This document shows, one piece after another, positions 8,283 through 17,342 of a DNA stretch of 45,426 nucleotides. Made by a program: the position numbers and the translations under genes. Under the pieces are notes generated by a model that ran no database searches, was not told the origin of the DNA, and saw only the letters and a list, made by a program, of their open reading frames with translations. Numbering within the stretch: position 1 is the stretch's first letter; the number at the start of each line of letters is the position of its first letter. Source of the DNA: an uncultured Desulfobacca sp. (lineage in GTDB: Bacteria; Desulfobacterota; Desulfobaccia; Desulfobaccales; Desulfobaccaceae); the NCBI GenBank assembly GCA_964487625.1, contig CAZARS010000002.1, forward strand, positions 16,257 to 61,682, written 5' to 3'.

Positions 8283-9872
8283 TTAAGCCTGCCGCCGCCG
8301 CACCACGGCTATCATCCGGGTAGCACTCGCCAGCAGCAGCACCACGGCGCCAGGCACCGGCACGGGGCAGACACCGCCCTTGAGGACGGTGAAGACATCG
8401 GTGTTATCAATAAAACGGCCGTCGAAACCGGCAGCCTGCCAATCAGGATAATACTTGGTAAAGAAGTCATCTTTACCGTCTACCAAGGCCTCAAACAATT
8501 CGGAACCGGCACCCCGGGCAAAGAGGGCCACCAGTTCGTTGGTATGGTTATTGGAATGCCATTTGACGGTGGGTACCCCGGTCACATCCGCCGCTTCAAG
8601 CCGATCCATGAAAACGCTACCGGAATCGGGGCCCAAGGGCATGGAGTTGCCATGGTCGGTGGTGATGATGAGGAGGTTGTTGTCCCAACCGCCGTTCTTT
8701 TCAATCCAGCTGATGACAAAGTCTACCGCGGCATTGAAATCCAGCTGTTCTTCAATAAGGCGGGCGGTCTGGTTGCCATGTGCGGCCCAGTCCACGGCGC
8801 CGCCTTCGATCTGCAGGAAGAAACCTTTATTGTTCGTGGCCTGGCTCTTAACCGCCAGGGCGTTGATGGCGCCCTTGGTCATCTCCACCAGGGTGGGAAC
8901 GTTCTTATTTATGGGATCTTCGCCCACTTTGTCAGTGGGGGCGAAGCCGCTGCGGGACTGCTGCAGGGTGGTGGCCACTTCGGCAGTCCCGACCAGCCGC
9001 AGGTTAGCGGCGTTGCTCAAGAGGGCCGAGGTGCCGTTGGCCAATTTCTGAAATTCCGGCAGGGTCTGGATTAATTTCCAACCTTCGGGATGAGTCCCTT
9101 CGTTGAGCTTGATCCAGGTGTCGCGGCCGCCCACGTAACGGGCCACGGAATCCGTCACGGCCGGATCGTCATAATTGGCGATCTGGCGGACCCCGTTGTC
9201 ATTAAACTGGGGATGGCCGGCGCCCATAATCACGTCCATGACCTTGCCGTTCAGCATATTGTTGGCAATGGCGGCATAATTGTTGCGGCTGATGTTATGG
9301 GCGTTGCTAAAGGAGGCCGGCGTGGCATGGGACCACTGGACCGAGCTGATGGTCCCCACCGCTTTGCCGCATTCCTTGGCTAATTCCGGGATGGTGGGCT
9401 GGATGGGCGCGCCCACACCTTTAGGATCATTAGCCCAGTTAATGGCGTTGTTATAGGTCTTCTGGCCGGTGGCCAGGGCGGTGCCGGCCGAAGCGGAATC
9501 GGTGGCATTCTGCCGCAGATAATCATATCCTTTAAAGTATTTATTATAACCACCGGTAGTGCCGCTGAGGGGAGTAGGATCCCAAGCTTTGGCCGGGTCA
9601 TAGCTTACTTCGGGAGTATTCCCACCTTTGGGGGTGTTGGACATATTCAGAGGGTAAGTGGTCATGAGGTATTTTTTAAAATCCGGACCGAAATAGGGAG
9701 AAGTGGTCGTGTTCCCGTTTTTGTAAAGGTCCGCGGCATCCCAGGCGCCGAAGCTGGCGCCGTCGCTGATCATCATGAAGACATTTTTTGCCTGGGCCCA
9801 GGCCGGCAGAGCCAGACAGAGGGCCAGGGCTAAGGCCAGAAAGGTCACAAACCATTTTTTGCCATTCAACAT
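8283..9872 (-). CDS. Alkaline phosphatase (PhoA family) with a C-terminal VPxP-CTERM exosortase-type sorting signal
   Basis: Signal peptide ending AWA. Active-site motifs ISDGA, TDSAS (Ser nucleophile), HATPAS, EGGAVDWAAH, TTDHG and HTNE. C-terminus VPVPGAVVLLLAS...VVRRR. Confidence 0.9.
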   Translation of the reverse strand: MLNGKKWFVTFLALALALCLALPAWAQAKNVFMMISDGASFGAWDAADLYKNGNTTTSPYFGPDFKKYLMTTYPLNMSNTPKGGNTPEVSYDPAKAWDPTPLSGTTGGYNKYFKGYDYLRQNATDSASAGTALATGQKTYNNAINWANDPKGVGAPIQPTIPELAKECGKAVGTISSVQWSHATPASFSNAHNISRNNYAAIANNMLNGKVMDVIMGAGHPQFNDNGVRQIANYDDPAVTDSVARYVGGRDTWIKLNEGTHPEGWKLIQTLPEFQKLANGTSALLSNAANLRLVGTAEVATTLQQSRSGFAPTDKVGEDPINKNVPTLVEMTKGAINALAVKSQATNNKGFFLQIEGGAVDWAAHGNQTARLIEEQLDFNAAVDFVISWIEKNGGWDNNLLIITTDHGNSMPLGPDSGSVFMDRLEAADVTGVPTVKWHSNNHTNELVALFARGAGSELFEALVDGKDDFFTKYYPDWQAAGFDGRFIDNTDVFTVLKGGVCPVPVPGAVVLLLASATRMIAVVRRRQA

Positions 9873-10094
9873 GAGGTTCTCTCCTTTGAGTTATGAAAAA
9901 TCTCGTGCTTCTTAAGTGAAGCGCTACCAGAGGCAGGATTGTCATCCTGTCGGGCCAGCAGGCCAGAAGGTGTTCTTTTGGCCGAGTCAATCTCCCTCCT
10001 TTCTCCGGAAAGTTGACAAAGGGCAATCATCCTTTGTCTGCTCTCCAACATAATCGAGCAATGTTTTGAGGGTATTTGAGATAAATTGAAAGAA

Positions 10095-10121
10095 GTGAAA
10101 TTTTCGTTAAGATTTAATGAA
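10095..10121 (-). promoter_or_regulatory. Putative Pho-box-like direct repeats upstream of the phosphatase
   Basis: Minus strand TTCAT-TAAATC-TTAAC-GAAAAT-TTCAC: three units at exact 11-bp spacing with A-rich spacers. Confidence 0.5.
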
Positions 10122-10312
10122 GAGGCGGCCCAACCATACATCCCTGGCAGGGGTGAAGCTACCGCCGGCTAAGCATTGTTCTTTAAATAAGTTATCAATT
10201 TAGGGGATAATTTTGCCTACCCGCCGGACGGCGAGAAGAAGCGGGGTCAGGCTGCTGCCAGCTGGCAGCGCTTCTTTTGGTCACACCAGGCACTGGCGGC
10301 GGAACTCATCTC

Positions 10313-10412
10313 AAGTTGCGCGTAACGGCAGGATTTAATCCCTGGCCCATTTGGTCCATTGGGCAGCCATGTACGAAATGACTACGTGGGTTGCCTCCCG
10401 AGTGTGCAACTT
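10313..10412 (+). ncRNA. Candidate structured cis-regulatory RNA with partial resemblance to the Moco RNA motif
   Basis: Closing stem AAGTTGCGC/GTGCAACTT and an inner hairpin GGCAGCC-ATGTA...TACGT-G-GGTTGCC; G-U pairs form only on the + strand. It contains GGGC...GAAATGACT...GCCTCCCG and lies upstream of a Mo/W enzyme. Confidence 0.3.
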
Positions 10413-10485
10413 TAAGCCAGTAATTTAATGATATTTTTCACTTTATTGATAATTCAGTTTATTTCACAAAATCGCAAAATTTCCC

Positions 10486-10514
10486 TTTACAAACCTTTCC
10501 CCCTGTTTTTTAAT
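10486..10514 (+). promoter_or_regulatory. Putative sigma70 promoter of the fdh operon
   Basis: TTTACA-17 bp-TTTAAT in an AT-rich tract; Rex-like half sites (TTCACAA, TTTCACT) lie just upstream. Confidence 0.3.
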
Positions 10515-10642
10515 TGAAAAGAGGAGAAATGAGAGGAGGCGCAGGGAAGGCGCAGCCATAATGGCCGAAAGGAGGACAAAGCTTACCAGAGTTGCCAAGA
10601 ACCTTAAAAAATTTTTGAACTATCCTAACGGGAGAGTGACGT

Positions 10643-13600
10643 ATGAGTATCACCCGCCGAAGCTTTCTCAAAGGGTTGGGCGGCGGTTTGGCCTCAGCAG
10701 GTTTAGCGGAAGCCCTCTGGCAGTCGCCCAGTTGGGCTTATCAGGTACCCGCCGCCAAGATTAAAAACGCCACCGTTACCACCTCCATCTGCCCCTACTG
10801 CGGGGTCGGCTGCGGCCTCATTGCCCACAGTAGCAATGGGCGGCTGATCAACGTGGAAGGGGATCCCGACCACCCCATCAACCAAGGCTCCCTGTGCAGC
10901 AAGGGGCAGGCCGTTTTCCAGATCGTCAATAATGACCGGCGCTTGAAAAAGGTTCTCTACCGGGCGCCGGGGAGCGACCGCTGGGAAGAGAAGCCTCTGG
11001 ACTGGGCCATCCAAACCCTGGCCCAGCGTATCAAGGCCACCCGGGATGCCAATTTTATCCAGAAGTCGCCGGAGGGCGTGACGGTCAACCGCACCGAGGC
11101 CATCGCCTCCATCGGTGGCGCCGCTTTAAACAATGAAGAGTGTTACCTCATTGCCAAACTGATGCGGGCCCTGGGGCTGGTGTATATAGAGCACCAGGCT
11201 CGGCTCTGACACTCCTCCACTGTGGCCTCGTTGGGGCCCACCTTCGGCCGCGGTGCCATGACCAACCATTGGAACGACCTGGCCAACAGCGATTGCATCT
11301 TTATCGTCGGGGCCAACCCGGCGGAAAACCATCCCATCAGCTTCAAACACGTGACCGCCGCCTTGGATAAAGGGGCCAAACTCATCGTCGCTGATCCCCG
11401 CTTTACCCGGTCGGCGGCCAAGGCCGATATGTATGTGCGCCTGCGCCCGGGCAGTGACATCGCCTTATTCAATTGCCTCAGCAATTATGTCATTGAAAAT
11501 AACCTCTACCATAAAGATTATGTAGTCAATTACACCAACGCCAGCTTCCTGGTGAAGCCGGATTTTTCTTTTCAGGATGGCCTCTTCTCGGGTTTTGACC
11601 CAGGCAAGAAGGTCTACGATTTCTCCTCCTGGGATTATGAATTGGATGCCAAGGGGGAGCCGGTCACCGATCCCACCCTGCAGCATCCCCGCTGCGTCTT
11701 CCAACTGCTGAAACAGGAGTTCAGCCGCTATACCCCGGAGTTGGCCGAATCGGTGACGGGTGTACCTAAAGAGCAGATCCTGGCCCTGGCCAAGCTCTAC
11801 GGCGCCACCGGCCAGCCGGGCAAGGCCGGCACCATCATGTATGCCATGGGCGCCACCCAGCACTCTACCGGTGTGCAGATCATCCGCAGCTACTCCATTC
11901 TGCAGCTCCTGTTGGGCAACATGGGCATACCCGGCGGCGGCATCAACGCCCTGCGGGGGGAGAGCAACGTCCAGGGCTCCACGGATATGGCCCTGCTCTT
12001 CCACATCGTGCCGGGGTACATGGCCATTCCCAGTGCCGCCAAGCACCCTACCCTCAAGGATTATCTGGAGAAGGAGACTCCCAAGGCCAGCTTCTGGGTC
12101 AATAAGCCCAAGTTCTTCATCAGCCTGCTGAAGGCCTGGTGGATGGATGCGGCCACGCCGGAAAACAATTTTGCCTATGACTACCTCCCCAAGATCGGGG
12201 CCGGCTATGAAGGCGGCGGCTATTCCTGGCTGCCCATGATGCAGTCCATGTATCATGGTGATATTAAGGGGATGCTCGCTTGGGGGATGAATCCGGCGGT
12301 GGGTTCCTCCAACCTCAACCACACCTATGCGGCCCTGGCCAACCTGGATTGGCTGGCCATCTTTGATCTCTGGGAGACGGAAACTGCGGTCTTCTGGAAA
12401 CGCCCCGGCGTCAATCCCAAAGAGATCAAGACCGAGGTCTTTCTCTTTCCGGCCGTGGATGCCCTGGAAAAGGAAGGTTCCATCAGCAACAGCGGCCGCT
12501 GGATCCAATGGCGCTACCAAGCGGCCAAAGCGCACGGCGACGCCAAAAGCGATCTGTGGTATGTCAACCGCCTGGCCTTGGAATTAAAGAAGCTCTATCG
12601 GGAAGACCCCCAGGCCGTGTGCCCGCAACCCATCGGCCATCTTTACTGGAACTATGGAGAAAATCCCGATCCCCACGAAGTGGCCAAAGAGATCAATGGC
12701 TTTACGGTCGCTGATCGGAAGCAGGTTCCCAATTTTACCGCCCTCAAGGATGATGGCTCCACCGCCTGCGGCAACTGGATCTATTCTGGCTTTTATCCCG
12801 GTCCGGACAAGAAGGACAACAAAGCCGCGGCCCGGGACAAGAAGGACCCCAGCGGCCTGGGCCTCTACCCCGGTTGGGCCTTCTCCTGGCCGGTGAACCG
12901 CAGGATCATTTACAACCGCTGCTCGGTGGATGCCAACGGTCAGCCCTGGAATCCCCAGAAAGCCCTGGTGCGTTGGGATGCCGCGGCCAACAAGTGGATC
13001 AGGAACGACGTGCCGGACTTCAAGTGGATTGATCCGGCTACGAAGACCGAGGTCCCGCCTGACGGCTCTGTCAAAGCCGCCTACCTCATGCTCCCCGAAG
13101 GCCGGGCTCGGCTTTTCGTTCCCAAAGGCTTCACCCGGGAGGGGCCCTATCCGGTGCACTACGAGGCCCTGGAGTGTCCCTTCGTTAATCCGGTCTATCC
13201 CAAACAGCAGTCCAATCCAGTAGTCAAGATTTGGCGGTCCAAGCTGGATCAATATGCCGAAATCTGCGATCCCAAGTATCCCTACATTGCCACCACCTTC
13301 CGGGTGACGGAGCACTGGCAGACCGGCACCCTGACCCGCAACCTCTCCTGGCAGGCCCAGCTCTTCCCGGAGATGTTCGTGGAGATCAGCCCCAATCTGG
13401 CCAAGGCCAAGGGTATCAAGGCCGGCGATTGGGTCAAGGTCTCCAGCGCCCGGGGTTCGGTCCTGGCCCGGGCCCAGGTCACCAACCGGGTGGGGGCTTT
13501 CCGCTGCGGCCTCCCCGGCATGGAAAACACCGTGGAGATGGTGGCCATGCCCTGGCATTTCGGCTTTGCCGGCCTGGTCACCGGCGGTCCCGATAAAAAC

Positions 13601-13699
13601 CAGAACTACGCCGCCAACCAGCTTTCACCGGCGGTGGGCGACGCCAACACCATGATCCCGGAATACAAGGTGTTCCTGGTGAACCTGGAAAAGGTCTGA
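10643..13699 (+). CDS. fdnG: Formate dehydrogenase alpha subunit (FdnG type), selenocysteine-containing and Tat-exported, 1018 aa
   Basis: Tat motif TRRSFLKG; [4Fe-4S] motif CPYCGVGC...C. In-frame TGA at 11207-11209 falls in EHQARL-U-HSSTVASL, the catalytic Sec/His site. ORFs 10643..11209 and 11222..13699 share a frame. ALRGESNVQG is present. Confidence 0.96.
11222..11241 (+). promoter_or_regulatory. Bacterial SECIS hairpin
   Basis: GTGGCCTC-GTT-GGGGCCCAC stem-loop starting 12 nt after the UGA, with a G/U apical loop. Confidence 0.7.
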
Positions 13700-13714
13700 G
13701 AGGGGGGATAAACC

Positions 13715-14530
13715 ATGAGCAAAGGTATGCTAATTGACACCACCCGCTGCATCGGTTGTCGGGCCTGCCAGACCGCCTGTAAGAGCTGGAACAACCTTCC
13801 CGGGATCAAGACTACCTTCAGCGATACGTGGTCCAACCCGCGGTTTCTCAGTGCCGCGGATTTCACCCGTATCATTTTTCGGGAGATAGTTGCGCCCGAC
13901 GGTACGGTCAACTGGTATTTTGTCAAACGCCAGTGTATGCACTGCAACGACCCGGCCTGCGTCTCCGCCTGCCCGGTAGGCGCTTTGCAGAAACTGGCTA
14001 ACGGCCCGGTAGTTTATGATGACAGCAAATGCATCGGTTGCCGCTACTGCATGATGGCCTGCCCCTTCCAGATCCCCAAGTTCCAGTGGGACAGCGCCGT
14101 GCCCTTTATCCGCAAATGCACCTTTTGTGCCGACCGTCAGGCCATCGGCTTGGAGCCGGCCTGCTCCGCCACCTGTCCCACCGAGGCCCTGAAGTTCGGG
14201 AACCGGCAAGAGCTCATTGCGGAGGCCCGGCAGCGTCTCCAGCAGCACCCGAACCGCTATTACCCCCAGATTTATGGGGACAAGATCGCCGGCGGCACGG
14301 CCAAGCTCTACCTGACAGCCCTGGGGTTTGAGGCCCTGGGCCTCAATCACCGGGGTTTCCGGACCGATCTGGGCGAAACGCCCCAGGGGGTGTATGGCCG
14401 GGAATGGATGGGCAAGGTGCCACTGGTGGCCCTGGGCGTGGGGAGTCTTACTTTGGGGCTCTATGCCCTGAACCGGCGCCGGGCCGAAGTGGCCGCGGCC
14501 GGGGCTGGGCACAAAGGCAAGGAGGGCTAA
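13715..14530 (+). CDS. Formate dehydrogenase iron-sulfur beta subunit (FdnH/HybA-like) with a C-terminal TM anchor
   Basis: CIGCRACQTAC, CMHCNDPACVSACP, CIGCRYCMMACP and CTFC...PACSATCP; hydrophobic C-terminal helix followed by RRR. Confidence 0.9.
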   Translation: MSKGMLIDTTRCIGCRACQTACKSWNNLPGIKTTFSDTWSNPRFLSAADFTRIIFREIVAPDGTVNWYFVKRQCMHCNDPACVSACPVGALQKLANGPVVYDDSKCIGCRYCMMACPFQIPKFQWDSAVPFIRKCTFCADRQAIGLEPACSATCPTEALKFGNRQELIAEARQRLQQHPNRYYPQIYGDKIAGGTAKLYLTALGFEALGLNHRGFRTDLGETPQGVYGREWMGKVPLVALGVGSLTLGLYALNRRRAEVAAAGAGHKGKEG

Positions 14531-14533
14531 GCC

Positions 14534-15697
14534 ATGGCAGAGAAAGTGGAAAAATGGTATCCCGGCGAAGCTCGGGGCAAGATCAGTTATGGCCGCATGA
14601 TCCTTTACATCCTAACCACCTTGGGTGTCATTTCTGGTCTTATACGCCTCTTTTTCGGGTTAGGGGCTCCCATTACGAACCTGAGTGATGCCTACCCATG
14701 GGGGCTGTGGATCAGCTTCGACGTGCTCACCGGGGTGGCTTTGGCGGGTGGGGGTTTCACCATGGCCGCCATCATCTATGTCTTTAACCTGAAACAATTT
14801 GAACCACTCCTGCGGCCCGCCAAGATCTCGGCTTTTCTGGGTTACCTCATGTTTATTTTCGGCCTCTTTTTTGACCTGGGGCTCCCGTGGCGCATCTGGC
14901 ATCCCCTGATTTACTGGAATACCCACTCGGTGCTCTTTGAAGTAGCGTGGTGCGTCATGCTCTACACCACGGTGCTCTCCATCGATGTCCTGATCATGGC
15001 TTTGGAGCGCTTCAAAATAGAGGGTCCCATCCGCTTCTTACGGAGCATCTATGTGATCTTCATCGTGGCCGGGATTATCCTCTCCACCTTGCACCAGTCT
15101 TCCTTGGGCGCCTTGTATCTCCTCATGCCCGAGAAGATGTCGGAGCTGTGGGCCACCAACGCCATCGGGCCATTGTTCTTTGCCAGCGCCGTTATCGGCG
15201 GTCTCAGTGTTGTCACCCTGGAGAGCCTGATCAGCGCCTGGGCCTATGACCGCAAGCCAGAGATGCACATCCTCCCAGAATTGGCCAAGTTCTTGGGGGT
15301 GGCCCTCTTGGTGTATTTTGCCATGAAGGTCACCGATTTGTATGCCAGGCGGGTGACCTTCTTTGCCTTGGATTGGCAGCATATTCTCTTATACGTGGAA
15401 ATCTTCGGCACTGTCTTCCTGCCAGCTTTGTTGTTGACCTTCCGGGAAGTCCGCCACAGCGTTACGGGATTGTATTGGTGTGCCGGTCTGGCGGCCTTTG
15501 GCGTGGCCTTGAACCGGTTTAACGTCAGCTTGACCTCATATGGCGGCTATCGGGAGTTCACCTACTTTCCCTCGGCCATGGAATTTTTCCTCACCATCGG
15601 CTTGATCGCTGGTGGCGTGTTGCTCTTTGATTTCCTTACCAAAAACCTGCCAGTTTATCACGAAGAGCTCATACCCTATGGCGAAGCCGCTTCCTGA
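14534..15697 (+). CDS. NrfD/HybB-family integral membrane subunit
   Basis: TNLSDAYPWGLWISFDVLTGVALAGGGF, DLGLPWR, SVLFEVAWCVMLY and STLHQSSLG, all characteristic of HybB/HmcC. Confidence 0.9.
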   Translation: MAEKVEKWYPGEARGKISYGRMILYILTTLGVISGLIRLFFGLGAPITNLSDAYPWGLWISFDVLTGVALAGGGFTMAAIIYVFNLKQFEPLLRPAKISAFLGYLMFIFGLFFDLGLPWRIWHPLIYWNTHSVLFEVAWCVMLYTTVLSIDVLIMALERFKIEGPIRFLRSIYVIFIVAGIILSTLHQSSLGALYLLMPEKMSELWATNAIGPLFFASAVIGGLSVVTLESLISAWAYDRKPEMHILPELAKFLGVALLVYFAMKVTDLYARRVTFFALDWQHILLYVEIFGTVFLPALLLTFREVRHSVTGLYWCAGLAAFGVALNRFNVSLTSYGGYREFTYFPSAMEFFLTIGLIAGGVLLFDFLTKNLPVYHEELIPYGEAAS

Positions 15698-16490
15698 TTC
15701 CTTGGCGGTCGCCCTCCAGGCCTATAAGAACGCCCTCCCTCGCCGGGCCCGACTCCTGGACCTGGCGGGGGAGGTCCTGACGGTTCTAGCTGCCGGGTCC
15801 CCAACTTCCCCGTCACCCACGGCACAGGAGCGGCAGGCCGCGGCTGACCGAGCCGCAGCTGGCCGCATTCTCTGGGAAAAGCCGCCTGTCCAAAGACAGG
15901 GGTTGCCAGAGCTGCTCCGACAACTCATCAGGGTGTTCCAAAAATTTGCCCTCCTGCCCCCTCTTTCTGAGGCGGTGCAGGCGGAATTGCTGGCGACGCC
16001 GGCGGCGGCCTGGCTGTCCGCTCCCGAATCGATCGTGCGTTGGGCAACAACCCACCAGCTCCCTGGAACCCTCCTTGTGTTCATCGGCCAATTGGCCCTC
16101 TCCCCTTATTACCAAGCCGCCTCTGCCCCCTATAAAGATCTCTGGTCCCAGGGCAAGTGGCGTCACCCTTTTTGTCCCAGCTGCGGGCGGGAGCCCAGTT
16201 TTGCCCTGATCCTCCCGGAATCTGGGCAACGGCACCTGCATTGCCGCCTCTGCGATGTTACCTGGGCCGGTCCAGACCGCCAGACCTGCCTCTTTTGTGG
16301 CCAGCAGAACAGCCAGGGAGAGTATATTTTCCTTGAAGACGACCCAGCCCGTCGGGCAGAGTTATGTCAGGCGTGCCAGCGCTATCTGAAGAATATTGTT
16401 TTACAAAATCTGCCTCATGCCCTCTCCCTTCCCTTGGAGGAGTTCGTTGGGGTCGAGCTGGATATATCCCTCCTTATCAGGCAAAGCTAA
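15678..16490 (+). CDS. fdhE: Formate dehydrogenase accessory protein FdhE-like
   Basis: Four CxxC pairs (CPSC, CRLC, CLFC, CQAC) followed by RYLK; last gene of the fdh operon. ATG 15678 is preferred over GTG 15612. Confidence 0.8.
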   Translation: MAKPLPDSLAVALQAYKNALPRRARLLDLAGEVLTVLAAGSPTSPSPTAQERQAAADRAAAGRILWEKPPVQRQGLPELLRQLIRVFQKFALLPPLSEAVQAELLATPAAAWLSAPESIVRWATTHQLPGTLLVFIGQLALSPYYQAASAPYKDLWSQGKWRHPFCPSCGREPSFALILPESGQRHLHCRLCDVTWAGPDRQTCLFCGQQNSQGEYIFLEDDPARRAELCQACQRYLKNIVLQNLPHALSLPLEEFVGVELDISLLIRQS

Positions 16491-16949
16491 GAGAGCTGCT
16501 GAAATCTCCAGAACCATCGCCAAGAGTTCTCCCGCACGCTTCGGGCCCTGCCTGACATAGGCATGGCGAGAGGGACACTCGGGATTACCAGCCAATTGAG
16601 TAGACCTTGGTCTGAGACCACTCATTAAGACTCATGGCTTGGATTCTTTGATGCAGTTTAGGAGTTGGCGAGGGGGGAGGGAGAAAAGCAGCCTGGCTGT
16701 GGGGCCAGGTTCATCTGAGCCACGATCGTGGGTAGTATACGGTGATACTGGGTCGTTGCCAAGACCGGAATGCCAGTAGAAAAACCCTTATTCCTTCATA
16801 CCCCTCCTTCTCCTGCCGCCCACGTTAGTTGGAAAAATTAGGAAAAAATAGCCCATTGAATACACTCGGGTATGAGGTCCTTGAGTCAGGGGAAGCGAAG
16901 GAATTGTAGGGTGGCGTTAGCTTAAAAGGCTCGGGGGGGCGGGGGAGAA

Positions 16950-16976
16950 GGCGGGCAAAGGTAGCCCCTGCCCGCC
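16950..16976 (-). terminator. Probable intrinsic terminator after the FmdB-type gene
   Basis: Minus strand GGCGGGCAGGGG-CTA-CCTTTGCCCGCC followed by TTCT; weak U tract. Confidence 0.4.
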
Positions 16977-16986
16977 CTGGAGCGGT

Positions 16987-17151
16987 TTAGCTTTTCCGAG
17001 AGGTCTTGGTAATAACGGCACTGAGCAAGGGGGTCACTTCTTCTGAGCCACAATGCTCGCACTTGACTTTTTCCGTTTCCCGTTCCTTCATACTCATGAT
17101 GCGAGAGAACTCTTTATTACATTTTCTGCAGAGGAATTCATAGGTTGGCAT
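16987..17151 (-). CDS. FmdB-family zinc ribbon protein (54 aa)
   Basis: Not in the ORF track. MPTYEFLCRKCNKEF...KCEHCGSEEV...RKS matches MPxYEFxCxxC...CxxCGS; AAGGAGGT RBS. Confidence 0.9.
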   Translation of the reverse strand: MPTYEFLCRKCNKEFSRIMSMKERETEKVKCEHCGSEEVTPLLSAVITKTSRKS

Positions 17152-17210
17152 ACACTACCTCCTTGCGCCACGTGAGTATTCCAGAACTCGGCTCACAGAC
17201 TTTTTCTTGG

Positions 17211-17239
17211 AATATAACGATTTTTTAGACCTGGCGCAA
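17211..17239 (-). promoter_or_regulatory. sigma70-like promoter of the FmdB-type gene
   Basis: TTGCGC-17 bp-TATATT on the minus strand. Confidence 0.45.
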
Positions 17240-17342
17240 GGGTTGCCCATTGGGTCGATATTTCCTGCCAGTTGGAATAAGCCCGCAGCCTCGGAGGCAA
17301 ACGGTTTCATCTTCCTGTGAAGGGGAGAACATAACCGACCCT

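Noticed and set aside
10561-10764. 67-aa ORF and a 10-codon uORF (10529-10561) upstream of fdh
   Set aside because: The first overlaps fdhA out of frame with no family features; the second has only 2 nt between SD and ATG.
11465-14512. Long antisense ORFs over fdh (also over the phosphatase, cheA and the MCPs)
   Set aside because: Typical high-GC shadow frames opposite well-supported genes, with no recognisable motifs.
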